Of a stretch of 64,000 bases of DNA, positions 1 through 8,511 are shown one piece after another. The first letter of the stretch is position 1, and every line of letters begins with the position of its first letter. The notes beneath the pieces are model-generated. The model ran no database searches and was not told where the DNA came from. It saw only the letters and a list, made by a program, of their open reading frames with translations. Source of the DNA: Eubacteriales bacterium (GTDB taxonomy: Bacteria > Bacillota > Clostridia > Oscillospirales > CAG-272); the NCBI GenBank assembly GCA_045544735.1, contig JAZPZM010000077.1:971-64970 (forward strand), read 5' to 3'. A program made the position numbers and the translations under genes.

Positions 1-729
1 TCAATTATATTGCAACTTCACCGCGACCTATATAAATTCAGCGGGAAGTCCATCGGAGGATCTTATAAGGAAACCGATAACGTAATCGCAGAGGAAGACG
101 AGGAAGGGAACAAGCGCGTTCGTTTTGTTCCCGTATCGGCTTGGGAAACCCCAACAGCTATAGATGGCATATGCAAAGCCTTTGATGAAACGCTATCTGA
201 TAGCGACGCCGATCCGCTTCTTATAATTCCAATGTTTATATTGGATTTTCTATGCATTCACCCGTTTAACGATGGTAACGGAAGAATGAGCCGATTGCTC
301 ACCTTGCTGCTCCTATACCGAGCAGGCTATATTGTGGGTAAATATATCAGTATCGAAAAGCTGATAGAGCAAACAAAAGAAACCTATTACGAGGCATTAC
401 AAAACAGTTCCGCCTGTTGGCACGAGGATAAAAACGATTATATTCCCTTCGTGCAGTATACGCTTGGTATCGTTGCCGCGGCATATCGCGAGTTTTCGGC
501 GAGCGTAAGGCTGACGGCGGCGAGCAATATGTCCAAGCCCGAACGCATCAGAGCAATTATACAAGAAACACTTGGTAAAATAACAAAATCAGAAATTATG
601 GAAAAATGCCCCGATATCAGCCAAGTCACGGTACAACGAGCACTTAATGAGCTGGTAATAAGCGGAGAAATTTTAAAAATTGGCGGCGGTCGTTATACCG
701 CATACACGTGGAATCGCGAAAAGGAGTAA
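1..729 (+). CDS. Fic/DOC family protein, 5' end cut by window edge
   Basis: The frame is open from base 1. Fic motif HPFNDGNGRMSR (HxFx[D/E]GNGRxxR) is present. The C-terminal tail looks like a winged helix (KSEIMEKCPDISQVTVQRALNELV). Stop is at 727-729, only 3 nt before the hsdM ATG. Confidence 0.85.
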   Translation, partial: SIILQLHRDLYKFSGKSIGGSYKETDNVIAEEDEEGNKRVRFVPVSAWETPTAIDGICKAFDETLSDSDADPLLIIPMFILDFLCIHPFNDGNGRMSRLLTLLLLYRAGYIVGKYISIEKLIEQTKETYYEALQNSSACWHEDKNDYIPFVQYTLGIVAAAYREFSASVRLTAASNMSKPERIRAIIQETLGKITKSEIMEKCPDISQVTVQRALNELVISGEILKIGGGRYTAYTWNREKE

Positions 730-732
730 AAT

Positions 733-2229
733 ATGATTACAGGCGAACTTAAAAATAGAATTGACGGACTTTGGGATGTATTTGCCGCAGGCGGACTTGT
801 AAACCCTCTCGACGTAATTGAGCAGGTTACATACTTGATGTTCATCCGCGACCTTGACGATACCGATAATCTTCGCGCAAAGGAAGCCGTAATGCTCGGG
901 CTTCCCCATAAAAGCATTTTTGCCGACAAGGTAAAGGTGGGAGAGCGAGAGATCGACGGAAATCAGCTCAAATGGTCGGTATTCCACGACTTTCCTGCGG
1001 GAAAGATGTATTCTACCGTTCAGGAGTGGGTGTTCCCGTTTATCAAGAACCTGCACAATAATAAGGATAGCGCATACTCCAAGTATATGGATGATGCCAT
1101 CTTCAAAATCCCCACCCCCTTGCTTCTCGATAAAATCGTTACCATTCTTGACGATATCTACTCGCAAATGGCGCAGATCAAGGACAGCGACATTCGCGGC
1201 GACGTATACGAATACTTACTTTCCAAGATCTCGCAGTCGGGGCTTAACGGTCAGTTCCGCACCCCTCGTCACATCATTCGTATGATGGTAGAGTTAATGG
1301 ATCCCAAAGCAGACGAAATAATCTGCGATCCCGCGTGCGGCACGTCGGGATTTCTCGTCGCGGCGGGGGATTATCTCAAGGAAAAGCGCAAGGAAGAGAT
1401 TTTCTTCAATAAACAGAAAAAAGCGCACTATATGAACGGAATGTTCCACGGCTACGATATGGACAGAACGATGCTCCGCATCGGCGCGATGAACATGATG
1501 ACGCACGGCGTGGGCAACCCTTATATAGAGTATCGTGATAGCTTGTCCGATCAGAATCCCGATAAGGAGAAATACTCGCTTATCCTTGCAAATCCCCCCT
1601 TCAAGGGCAGTCTTGACTACGATACCGTTTCCGCAGATCTTCTCAAGGTCTGCAAGACGAAAAAGACCGAGCTTTTGTTCCTCGCGTTGATGCTCCGAAT
1701 GCTTCGCGTAGGCGGCAGATGTGCAGTCATCGTTCCCGATGGCGTACTGTTCGGGTCTTCTACCGCGCATAAGGCTATCCGCAAAGCGATAGTCGATGAT
1801 AATCGCCTTGAAGCCGTAATTTCTATGCCCTCTGGCGTGTTTAAGCCCTACGCGGGTGTTTCTACAGGAATCCTTATCTTCACAAAGACGGGATACGGCG
1901 GCACGGATAAGGTGTGGTTTTACGATATGCAAGCAGACGGCTTCAGCCTTGACGATAAGCGCACCGAGGTCAAGGAAAACGACATTCGTGATATCATCGA
2001 GCGTTTCCACAATCTTGACGGTGAAGCCGACCGCGCACGCACAGAAAAATCCTTCTTTGTACCCAAGGACGAGATCGTGCAGAACGACTACGACCTCTCA
2101 ATAAATAAGTACAAAAAGACCGAATACAAGCCCGTAGAGTATGCCCCTACCTCTCAGATATTGGCAGAGCTGAACGAGCTTGAGCTGGAGATCACCAAAG
2201 GACTTGCAGAACTGGAGGAGATGCTTTAA
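733..2229 (+). CDS. hsdM: Type I restriction-modification DNA methyltransferase subunit HsdM
   Basis: 498 aa. AdoMet motif DPACGTSGFL and catalytic NPPF (LILANPPFKGS). HsdM-type N-terminal region. AAGGAG at 721-726, 6 nt before the ATG. Confidence 0.93.
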   Translation: MITGELKNRIDGLWDVFAAGGLVNPLDVIEQVTYLMFIRDLDDTDNLRAKEAVMLGLPHKSIFADKVKVGEREIDGNQLKWSVFHDFPAGKMYSTVQEWVFPFIKNLHNNKDSAYSKYMDDAIFKIPTPLLLDKIVTILDDIYSQMAQIKDSDIRGDVYEYLLSKISQSGLNGQFRTPRHIIRMMVELMDPKADEIICDPACGTSGFLVAAGDYLKEKRKEEIFFNKQKKAHYMNGMFHGYDMDRTMLRIGAMNMMTHGVGNPYIEYRDSLSDQNPDKEKYSLILANPPFKGSLDYDTVSADLLKVCKTKKTELLFLALMLRMLRVGGRCAVIVPDGVLFGSSTAHKAIRKAIVDDNRLEAVISMPSGVFKPYAGVSTGILIFTKTGYGGTDKVWFYDMQADGFSLDDKRTEVKENDIRDIIERFHNLDGEADRARTEKSFFVPKDEIVQNDYDLSINKYKKTEYKPVEYAPTSQILAELNELELEITKGLAELEEML

Positions 2230-2633
2230 TGGGCAAAAAGAAAGACAAACAACGGATTATCAATAATATTCAAGAGTTAAAGCTTGAAATCGATTACGAT
2301 AAGCTTGCTGATGCAATAGTGAAAGCCGAATTGAAAGCAAAAACAGAAAAAGAGCAAACGGAGAGAAATAAAAAAGCGGGCAAACTTTTTCGTTTTTCTG
2401 CTGTAGCATATGTTTTGTTTATAATAACTTTTTTGGCGCTTTCCGTTTTATTATTAATTATCAATGATAACAATCGCGCTTTTGCGATGATCTTATTATC
2501 TGGTATTATGGGGCTGTTTCTGTATATACAATATATTATTCATATCGACGGAGGTGCAGATCGGATGCTTAATGCTATTACTCTTATAACGGCACTTGTA
2601 TCTTTGATATTTTCCGTCATGAAGGTGGCATAA
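2229..2633 (+). CDS. Small membrane protein (charged N-terminal helix plus 3 predicted TM helices), unknown function
   Basis: 134 aa. The ATG overlaps the hsdM stop (TAATG 2227-2231) and its own stop overlaps the hsdS ATG (TAATG 2631-2635). Lys/Glu-rich N-terminus, then hydrophobic segments FSAVAYVLFIITFLALSVLLLII, AFAMILLSGIMGLFLYIQYIIHI and MLNAITLITALVSLIFSVMKV. I recognise no family. Confidence 0.6.
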   Translation: MGKKKDKQRIINNIQELKLEIDYDKLADAIVKAELKAKTEKEQTERNKKAGKLFRFSAVAYVLFIITFLALSVLLLIINDNNRAFAMILLSGIMGLFLYIQYIIHIDGGADRMLNAITLITALVSLIFSVMKVA

Positions 2634-3751
2634 TGGCGAGATTGGGTGATTATGTGAAAATAAAAACAGGAAAGCTTGATGCAAATACATCAAGTGAAAC
2701 CGGACAATATCCTTTCTTTACTTGTTCTGTTGCTCCGTTGCGAATTGATACATATAGCTATGATTGTGAGTGCGTTTTGGTCGCGGGAAACGGCGATTTG
2801 AATGTTAAGTATTACAACGGAAAATTTGATGCTTATCAGCGCACTTACATCATTGAAAGCAGAGACAAAAACATTTTGACTGTTCCATATTTGTATTGCT
2901 TTCTTGATCGGTATGTGGAAGAATTGAGAAAGCAATCCATCGGTGGTGTAATCAAATATATCAAACTTGGAAATTTAACAGAAGCACAAATTCCCATATG
3001 TTCAATTGAGAAACAAAATGAGATTGTTGAAAATTTTGATAAAGTGAACACACTAATTTCTCTCCGCAAGCAGCAACTTTCAAAATTGGACGAGCTTGTC
3101 AAATCCCGATTTATCGAACTGTTTGGCGACCCTATTGATAACCCCAAGCGTCTGCCAGTAAAGCCATTGAAAGAGTTATCTACACTAATAACAAACGGAA
3201 ATACGCCAAAGGGTGGAAGCGAAAATTACGTTGAAAAAGGAATTCTATTTTTACGCAGCCAGAATGTTTGGAGAAATCGAATCGAACTTGATGATGTTGC
3301 TTACATTGACGAAGCCACACATTACAGCCTGAAAAAGAGCAGTTTGAAGTATAAAGATATTTTGATTACCAAGACAGGACGAATCAACACCGAAAACAGT
3401 AGTCTTGGCAGGGCAGCTTTGTATCTGGGCGATGATGATGCAGCAAACATCAATGGACATGTCTATCTTGTTCGCCTTGATGGTTCTGTTGTTCCAGAAT
3501 ACGTTCTTACAATTCTCATCAGTGATGCATATCGAAAGTATATCCGCAAAGTGTGTGTTGGAGGAATTGATAAGAGACAGATTAATCTTGACCAAGTAGA
3601 AGATTTCCCAATTATCCTTCCATCAATAGAACTGCAAGAGCAGTTTGCATCCTTCGTCGAACAGATTGATAAATCAAAATTGGTAATTCAAAAGAGCCTT
3701 GAAAAGCTCGAAATACTAAAAAAAGCATTGATGCAAAAATATTTTGGGTGA
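2633..3751 (+). CDS. hsdS: Type I restriction-modification specificity subunit HsdS
   Basis: 372 aa with two target-recognition halves. They are separated and followed by the conserved helical spacers (SIEKQNEIVENFDKVNTLISLRKQQLSKLDELVKSRFIELFGD and SIELQEQFASFVEQIDKSKLVIQKSLEKLEILKKALMQKYF). Confidence 0.9.
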   Translation: MARLGDYVKIKTGKLDANTSSETGQYPFFTCSVAPLRIDTYSYDCECVLVAGNGDLNVKYYNGKFDAYQRTYIIESRDKNILTVPYLYCFLDRYVEELRKQSIGGVIKYIKLGNLTEAQIPICSIEKQNEIVENFDKVNTLISLRKQQLSKLDELVKSRFIELFGDPIDNPKRLPVKPLKELSTLITNGNTPKGGSENYVEKGILFLRSQNVWRNRIELDDVAYIDEATHYSLKKSSLKYKDILITKTGRINTENSSLGRAALYLGDDDAANINGHVYLVRLDGSVVPEYVLTILISDAYRKYIRKVCVGGIDKRQINLDQVEDFPIILPSIELQEQFASFVEQIDKSKLVIQKSLEKLEILKKALMQKYFG

Positions 3752-4422
3752 AGAATGAGTTTATGAAAGAGAAGTATTACTTTAGAGGAAGTTGGCGTTC
3801 CATAAGACAGGAAACCGATGCAACAGGTAAAAAATCATTAATTTTCAAAGCGGCGCACAAAGGCGATAAGGCCGATTATGCAGACTATAATAATCTATTA
3901 GATTTGGCGTTCAATGCAAGAAAAAATGCTAATGCTCTGTTTAACTTGGTAATGGAAAAATACCAAGGTCTCAATCCGGTTGATATCGATGGATTTGAAA
4001 TGCTTGTTGCTCTTATTAATCTTTCAAGTGAACTTTATATGAAATGCCTTATTTATTATTACCAGCTGAACCAAGGAAAACAGTGTAAAGGTCTTCATAA
4101 TTTGATAGACTATTTTTTGAAATTGCCAAATGATATTCAAACAGACCTTAAAACCATAGATGATGATTTCGATTTGCAGTTAGAAAGCATTTCCAACTAT
4201 TTCAATGAGTTTAGATATAGCTTTGAATACAATGTTATTTTTGCAGAAAAATTTGCTTTTTCTTTTGCAGAGAAGTTAAATCAAATATGTAATTCTATTA
4301 AGATTAAAAGACCAGCAGAAGTTGTTTTTAGTCAACACCGGGCGGTTATTAAACATGGAGAAAAAACTATTTGGGATTCGACCAAAAAATATAATGGTCC
4401 GATAATTTCCAAAGATGACTAA
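3748..4422 (+). CDS. Hypothetical protein, possibly HEPN-like all-helical fold
   Basis: 224 aa. GTG 3748 overlaps the hsdS stop (GTGA); an alternative ATG is at 3763. The pattern KGLHNLIDYFLKL ... LESISNYFNEFRYSFEY resembles the classical HEPN signature (H-x-L...L, then R-Y). An Rx4H (RAVIKH) lies near the C-terminus. The fold call is inference only. Confidence 0.5.
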   Translation: MKNEFMKEKYYFRGSWRSIRQETDATGKKSLIFKAAHKGDKADYADYNNLLDLAFNARKNANALFNLVMEKYQGLNPVDIDGFEMLVALINLSSELYMKCLIYYYQLNQGKQCKGLHNLIDYFLKLPNDIQTDLKTIDDDFDLQLESISNYFNEFRYSFEYNVIFAEKFAFSFAEKLNQICNSIKIKRPAEVVFSQHRAVIKHGEKTIWDSTKKYNGPIISKDD

Positions 4423-4437
4423 AAGATGAGGTATCAA

Positions 4438-7400
4438 ATGACCAACTTTGATTTCCTAAAAAACACCCCTGATTTTGACGCGTTTACGGACGTGGCGATC
4501 TCGGCGGAGAAAATATTACATATTGACGTGGACGCTTGCGTGCTGAATTGCCGCAGAGCAATGGAGTTTGCGGTCAAATGGATGTATTCCGTTGACCGCG
4601 ATCTCGTCATGCCATATCAGGACAACCTCGTCAGCCTTATGAATGACGAGAAGTTCCGCGACATTATTGGCGCGGACGTCTGGAGGCGTATGGAATTTAT
4701 CCGTAAGCTCGGCAATACTGCGGCTCACGGCGGCAAAAAGGTGAGCCTCGAGCAAGCGGAGCTTTGCCTTGAAAACTTATTTGTTTTCCTTGACTGTGTT
4801 GCATATTTCTACGCTCCCGAATACACCGAGCAGCAGTTTGATAAGTCCTTGCTTGCGCTTACGGTGGACGAGGCTCTTTCCTTCGTTCCCGAAAATGATA
4901 TCGATATTGCCAAGCTGATCGAGGAAAACAAAGCGCTCAAGGATGAGCTTACTGCGCGCCGAGCCGAACAGCAGCAGACCTACGTTCCCAAGCCGCTTGA
5001 GCTTTCGGAATACAAAACGAGAAAGATATATATCGACTTTATGCTTGCCGATGCAGGTTGGGTCGAGGGCAAGGATTGGGTTAACGAGGTAGAGCTTCAC
5101 GGCATGCCCAACGCAAGCGGGGTAGGCTACGCCGACTACGTTCTCTATGGCGACGACGGTAAGCCCCTCGCGGTTCTTGAAGCGAAGCGCACCTGTATGG
5201 ACGTTTCAAAGGGTAGACAGCAGGCGAAGCTGTATGCCGACCTGTTAGAGCAGAAATACGGTCGCAGACCTATCATTTTCCTCTCCAACGGCTTTGATAC
5301 GCACATTTGGAATGATAAATACTACCCCGAGCGCAAGGTTGCGTCTGTTTACTCAAAGCGCGACCTTGAAAAGCTTTTCAATCTGCACACGATGCGTGCA
5401 AGCCTCAAAAACGTGGTGGTTGACAAGCACATTGCGGGACGCTACTATCAAGAGGCTGCTATTAAGGCTGTTTGTGAGGCGTTTGACAAAAAGAATCGCC
5501 GCAAGGCGCTTCTCGTTATGGCAACGGGCTCTGGTAAGACGAGAACGGTCATTGCTCTTTGCAAGGCACTGCTTGATCACGGTTGGGTAAAGAATATTCT
5601 GTTCCTTGCCGACCGCAATTCGCTCGTCACGCAGGCAAAGCGCGCCTTTACCAATATGCTTCCCGACCTTTCTGTAACCAATCTTTGCGAGGATAAGGCG
5701 AACTTTGATTCCCGATGCGTATTCTCAACTTATCAGACCATGATGGGCTGTATTGATACCGTCAAGGACGAGAATGACAAAAAGCTCTTTACCGTTGGAC
5801 ATTTTGATCTCGTCATCGTAGACGAGGCGCACCGTTCTATCTATAACAAGTACAAGGATATTTTTAACTATTTCGATGCGCCGCTTGTGGGACTTACCGC
5901 AACGCCGAAGGATGAAATAGATAAGAACACCTATGAGATATTCGAACTCGAAAACGGTGTTCCTACCTATGGCTATGAGCTTGGACAAGCAGTTACCGAC
6001 GGCTTTCTTGTTGACTTTATGTCTGTTGAAAGCAAGCTGAAATTCATCGAGGAAGGCATCGTATACGACGACCTTTCCGATGAGGATAAGGAAGAATACG
6101 AAAACACTTTCGATGATGAAAATGGTAATCATCCAGAAAGGATCTCGTCTTCCGCCATTAACGAGTGGGTGTTTAATGAGGACACCATTCGCCAGGTGCT
6201 TCACATACTGATGCAGGACGGTTTGCGCATCGATTACGGCGAAAAGCTGGGAAAGACGATCATCTTTGCCAAAAACCACGAGCATGCCGAAAAGATTCAC
6301 GAGATATTTGGAAAAGAATATCCCAATCTTCCCGGTTACACGAAGGTCATTGACAACTATATGACTTATGCGCAGAGCGCAATAGACGAGTTTTCCGATC
6401 CCAAGAAATTGCCCCAAATTGCGATCTCTGTCGATATGCTTGACACGGGAATCGACGTCCCTGAAGTGCTCAACCTCGTCTTCTTCAAAAAAGTGATGAG
6501 CAAGGCAAAGTTCTGGCAGATGATAGGACGCGGTACCCGTCGTTGTGACGGACTTATGGACGGCAAAGACAAGGATAAATTCTATATTTTCGATTTTTGC
6601 GGAAATTTTGAATTTTTCCGTATGAACGACGGCAAGCCGACTGCCAATCAGGTTGCTTTACAGGGCGCCATCTTTAAGCTTAAGGCACAGATTGCCTTTA
6701 AGCTGCAGGATATCGCTTATCAAACGACGGATTTAATTGCGTTCCGCAAGTCTTTGGTTGATGATATGGTGCGCAAGGTGCGCGAGTTGAATAAGGAGAA
6801 TTTTGCTGTTCGTCAGCATCTTCGCTACGTTGAGCAATATTCAAATCCCGACAACTATAATTCGCTGACTTATGAGGATACTCTCTTGATAGCAGAAGAA
6901 CTTGCTCCGTTGATCACACCCGATGAAGACGAAGCCTCTGCGGTTCGTTTTGACGCTTTAATGTATGGCATCGAGCTTGCGTATCTTGCGGGCAAGAAAT
7001 ATTCGCGTGCTCGTACCGATCTTTACAAAAAGGTCAGCGGAATTGCAAGCGTGGCAAACATTCCCGAAATCATGGCTCAATCGGAACTCATCAATAAAAT
7101 TTTGCATACCAATTATTTGGATACCGCGGGAATTAACGAGTTTGAGCATATCCGCGAGAATCTTCGCAATTTGATGAAATATATACCCAGAACCGTTGCT
7201 AAGTATATTACGGATTTCGATGATGAAATTCTTTCTGTGGAATGGAACGAATCCGATCTTGAAAACGATGACCTGAAGAACTACAAAGCCAAAGCCGAAT
7301 TCTATATTCGTCAGCATCAAGACGAGGAGGCAATTGCTAAGTTGAAGAGCAACGTTCCCTTGAATGCAGATGATATCAAGGCCTTGGAACGCATTATGTG

Positions 7401-7734
7401 GAGCGAGGTCGGAAGCAGAAAGGACTACGAAGCGGAATACGGAGAAAAACCTCTTGGCGAGTTTGTGCGAGAAATTGTGGGACTCGATATGATGGCGGCA
7501 AAAGAAGCGTTTGCGGAGTATTTGAATGACGTTAATCTTGATGCAGATCAGATTTATTTTGTCAACCAAATCGTTGAGTATATTGTACACAATGGTGTGA
7601 TGAAGGATATGTCCGTGCTTCAAGAGCCTCCGTTTACCGATAGAGGAAGTATCGTTGAAGTCTTTACCGATATTTCAGTTTGGTTGGGTATAAGGAGTGT
7701 CATCGAGAAGATCAATGCAAACGCCGCGGCATAA
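4438..7734 (+). CDS. hsdR: Type I restriction enzyme endonuclease/helicase subunit HsdR with N-terminal DUF4145 (HEPN-type) domain
   Basis: GAGG at 4428-4431 favours ATG 4438 (MTNFDFLK) over ATG 4426. Motifs seen: N-terminal CRRAMEFAVKW...FIRKLGNTAAHGG; nuclease motif GYADYVLYGDDGKPLAVLEAKR; helicase motifs MATGSGKT, VIVDEAH, LTATP and QMIGRGTR; long EcoEI-type C-terminal region. Confidence 0.93.
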   Translation: MTNFDFLKNTPDFDAFTDVAISAEKILHIDVDACVLNCRRAMEFAVKWMYSVDRDLVMPYQDNLVSLMNDEKFRDIIGADVWRRMEFIRKLGNTAAHGGKKVSLEQAELCLENLFVFLDCVAYFYAPEYTEQQFDKSLLALTVDEALSFVPENDIDIAKLIEENKALKDELTARRAEQQQTYVPKPLELSEYKTRKIYIDFMLADAGWVEGKDWVNEVELHGMPNASGVGYADYVLYGDDGKPLAVLEAKRTCMDVSKGRQQAKLYADLLEQKYGRRPIIFLSNGFDTHIWNDKYYPERKVASVYSKRDLEKLFNLHTMRASLKNVVVDKHIAGRYYQEAAIKAVCEAFDKKNRRKALLVMATGSGKTRTVIALCKALLDHGWVKNILFLADRNSLVTQAKRAFTNMLPDLSVTNLCEDKANFDSRCVFSTYQTMMGCIDTVKDENDKKLFTVGHFDLVIVDEAHRSIYNKYKDIFNYFDAPLVGLTATPKDEIDKNTYEIFELENGVPTYGYELGQAVTDGFLVDFMSVESKLKFIEEGIVYDDLSDEDKEEYENTFDDENGNHPERISSSAINEWVFNEDTIRQVLHILMQDGLRIDYGEKLGKTIIFAKNHEHAEKIHEIFGKEYPNLPGYTKVIDNYMTYAQSAIDEFSDPKKLPQIAISVDMLDTGIDVPEVLNLVFFKKVMSKAKFWQMIGRGTRRCDGLMDGKDKDKFYIFDFCGNFEFFRMNDGKPTANQVALQGAIFKLKAQIAFKLQDIAYQTTDLIAFRKSLVDDMVRKVRELNKENFAVRQHLRYVEQYSNPDNYNSLTYEDTLLIAEELAPLITPDEDEASAVRFDALMYGIELAYLAGKKYSRARTDLYKKVSGIASVANIPEIMAQSELINKILHTNYLDTAGINEFEHIRENLRNLMKYIPRTVAKYITDFDDEILSVEWNESDLENDDLKNYKAKAEFYIRQHQDEEAIAKLKSNVPLNADDIKALERIMWSEVGSRKDYEAEYGEKPLGEFVREIVGLDMMAAKEAFAEYLNDVNLDADQIYFVNQIVEYIVHNGVMKDMSVLQEPPFTDRGSIVEVFTDISVWLGIRSVIEKINANAAA

Positions 7735-7751
7735 AATGCTTGGAGGATATA

Positions 7752-8123
7752 ATGACCAAACAATCTTTCCTTGAATACTGCCTAAATACATATGGCACAT
7801 CGCCGGACTATCCGTTTGACGAGGACTTTGATACGGCGGTATTGAGGCACGCGGATAATCGCAAGTGGTATGCGATTGTGATGAAGGTCGCACGGCGCAA
7901 GTTTGGGGTTGACAGCGACGAGGTTATCGACGTTGTAAATCTAAAGCTCCCAACAGAGATGTTCGGCTCATTCGGCGCAGTCGATGGCGTCTATCCCGCG
8001 TACCACATGAACAAACGCCATTGGATATCTGTGCTTCTTCCCGACGCTCCCGACGAGGTGGTGCAGTTCCTTGTAAGCGTGAGCTTCGAGGCGACAAAAT
8101 CTTCTAAGAAAAAATCAAAATAA
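7752..8123 (+). CDS. MmcQ/YjbR family DNA-binding protein
   Basis: MTKQSFLEYCLNTYGTSPDYPFDEDFDTAVLRHADNRKWYAIVM...VYPAYHMNKRHWISV is typical of the YjbR/MmcQ family. GGAGG at 7742-7746. Starts 17 nt after the hsdR stop. Confidence 0.8.
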   Translation: MTKQSFLEYCLNTYGTSPDYPFDEDFDTAVLRHADNRKWYAIVMKVARRKFGVDSDEVIDVVNLKLPTEMFGSFGAVDGVYPAYHMNKRHWISVLLPDAPDEVVQFLVSVSFEATKSSKKKSK

Positions 8124-8126
8124 GTC

Positions 8127-8155
8127 TGGACTTTTGCCATCTCCTGTGGTATTGT
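8127..8155 (+). promoter_or_regulatory. Candidate promoter (TGGACT - 17 nt - TATTGT) inside the shared 13-mer TCTGGACTTTTGC
   Basis: The 13-mer at 8125-8137 is identical to 8510-8522. It lies just upstream of the 8183 gene. Confidence 0.35.
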
Positions 8156-8182
8156 GTTGTGCTACAGGAGGTGGCAAAAATT

Positions 8183-8455
8183 ATGAACGTTATAAACGAG
8201 CTATGGTATGGCAATATCTCGCCGTGCGATGGTGGAGCGAAGAAGGAAAGCGAGTACGCGGAGCTTCTCGGCTACGTCGCGCGACACAAGGACGAGCTGC
8301 AAAAGCGGCTGAATGGCGAGGAAAAAGAAATCCTTGAAAAGCTCATCGATTGTACCAACGAGATGTACGGCATCTCTGAGAGGGAAGCCTTCGCGCAAGG
8401 TTTCACGCTCGGCGCGAGGCTCATCATCGAGGTGATGACGGCTGAGGTTGAATAA
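8183..8455 (+). CDS. Small conserved hypothetical protein (helical, Clostridia accessory-element type)
   Basis: AGGAGG at 8166-8171 precedes ATG 8183. MNVINELWYGNISPCD...GFTLGARLIIEVM resembles small proteins I have seen in clostridial mobile elements. Function unknown. Confidence 0.6.
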   Translation: MNVINELWYGNISPCDGGAKKESEYAELLGYVARHKDELQKRLNGEEKEILEKLIDCTNEMYGISEREAFAQGFTLGARLIIEVMTAEVE

Positions 8456-8461
8456 CCCCCA

Positions 8462-8499
8462 GAGGAATCGCAAAATCATCTGCGATTCCTCATCTTTTT
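8462..8499 (+). terminator. Rho-independent terminator
   Basis: Perfect 11-bp stem GAGGAATCGCA/TGCGATTCCTC, followed by ATCTTTTT. Confidence 0.75.
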
Positions 8500-8511
8500 C
8501 TCAATTCTCTC

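Noticed and set aside
2633-3751. Phase-variable (shufflon-type) hsdS.
   Set aside because: There is only one hsdS. I noticed no silent hsdS' copies, no inverted repeats within it and no adjacent recombinase.
8134-8337. 67-aa ORF (Arg/Ala-rich) overlapping the 8183-8455 gene in another frame.
   Set aside because: It has no RBS and a compositionally odd translation. The overlapping frame has an AGGAGG RBS and a recognisable conserved small-protein sequence.
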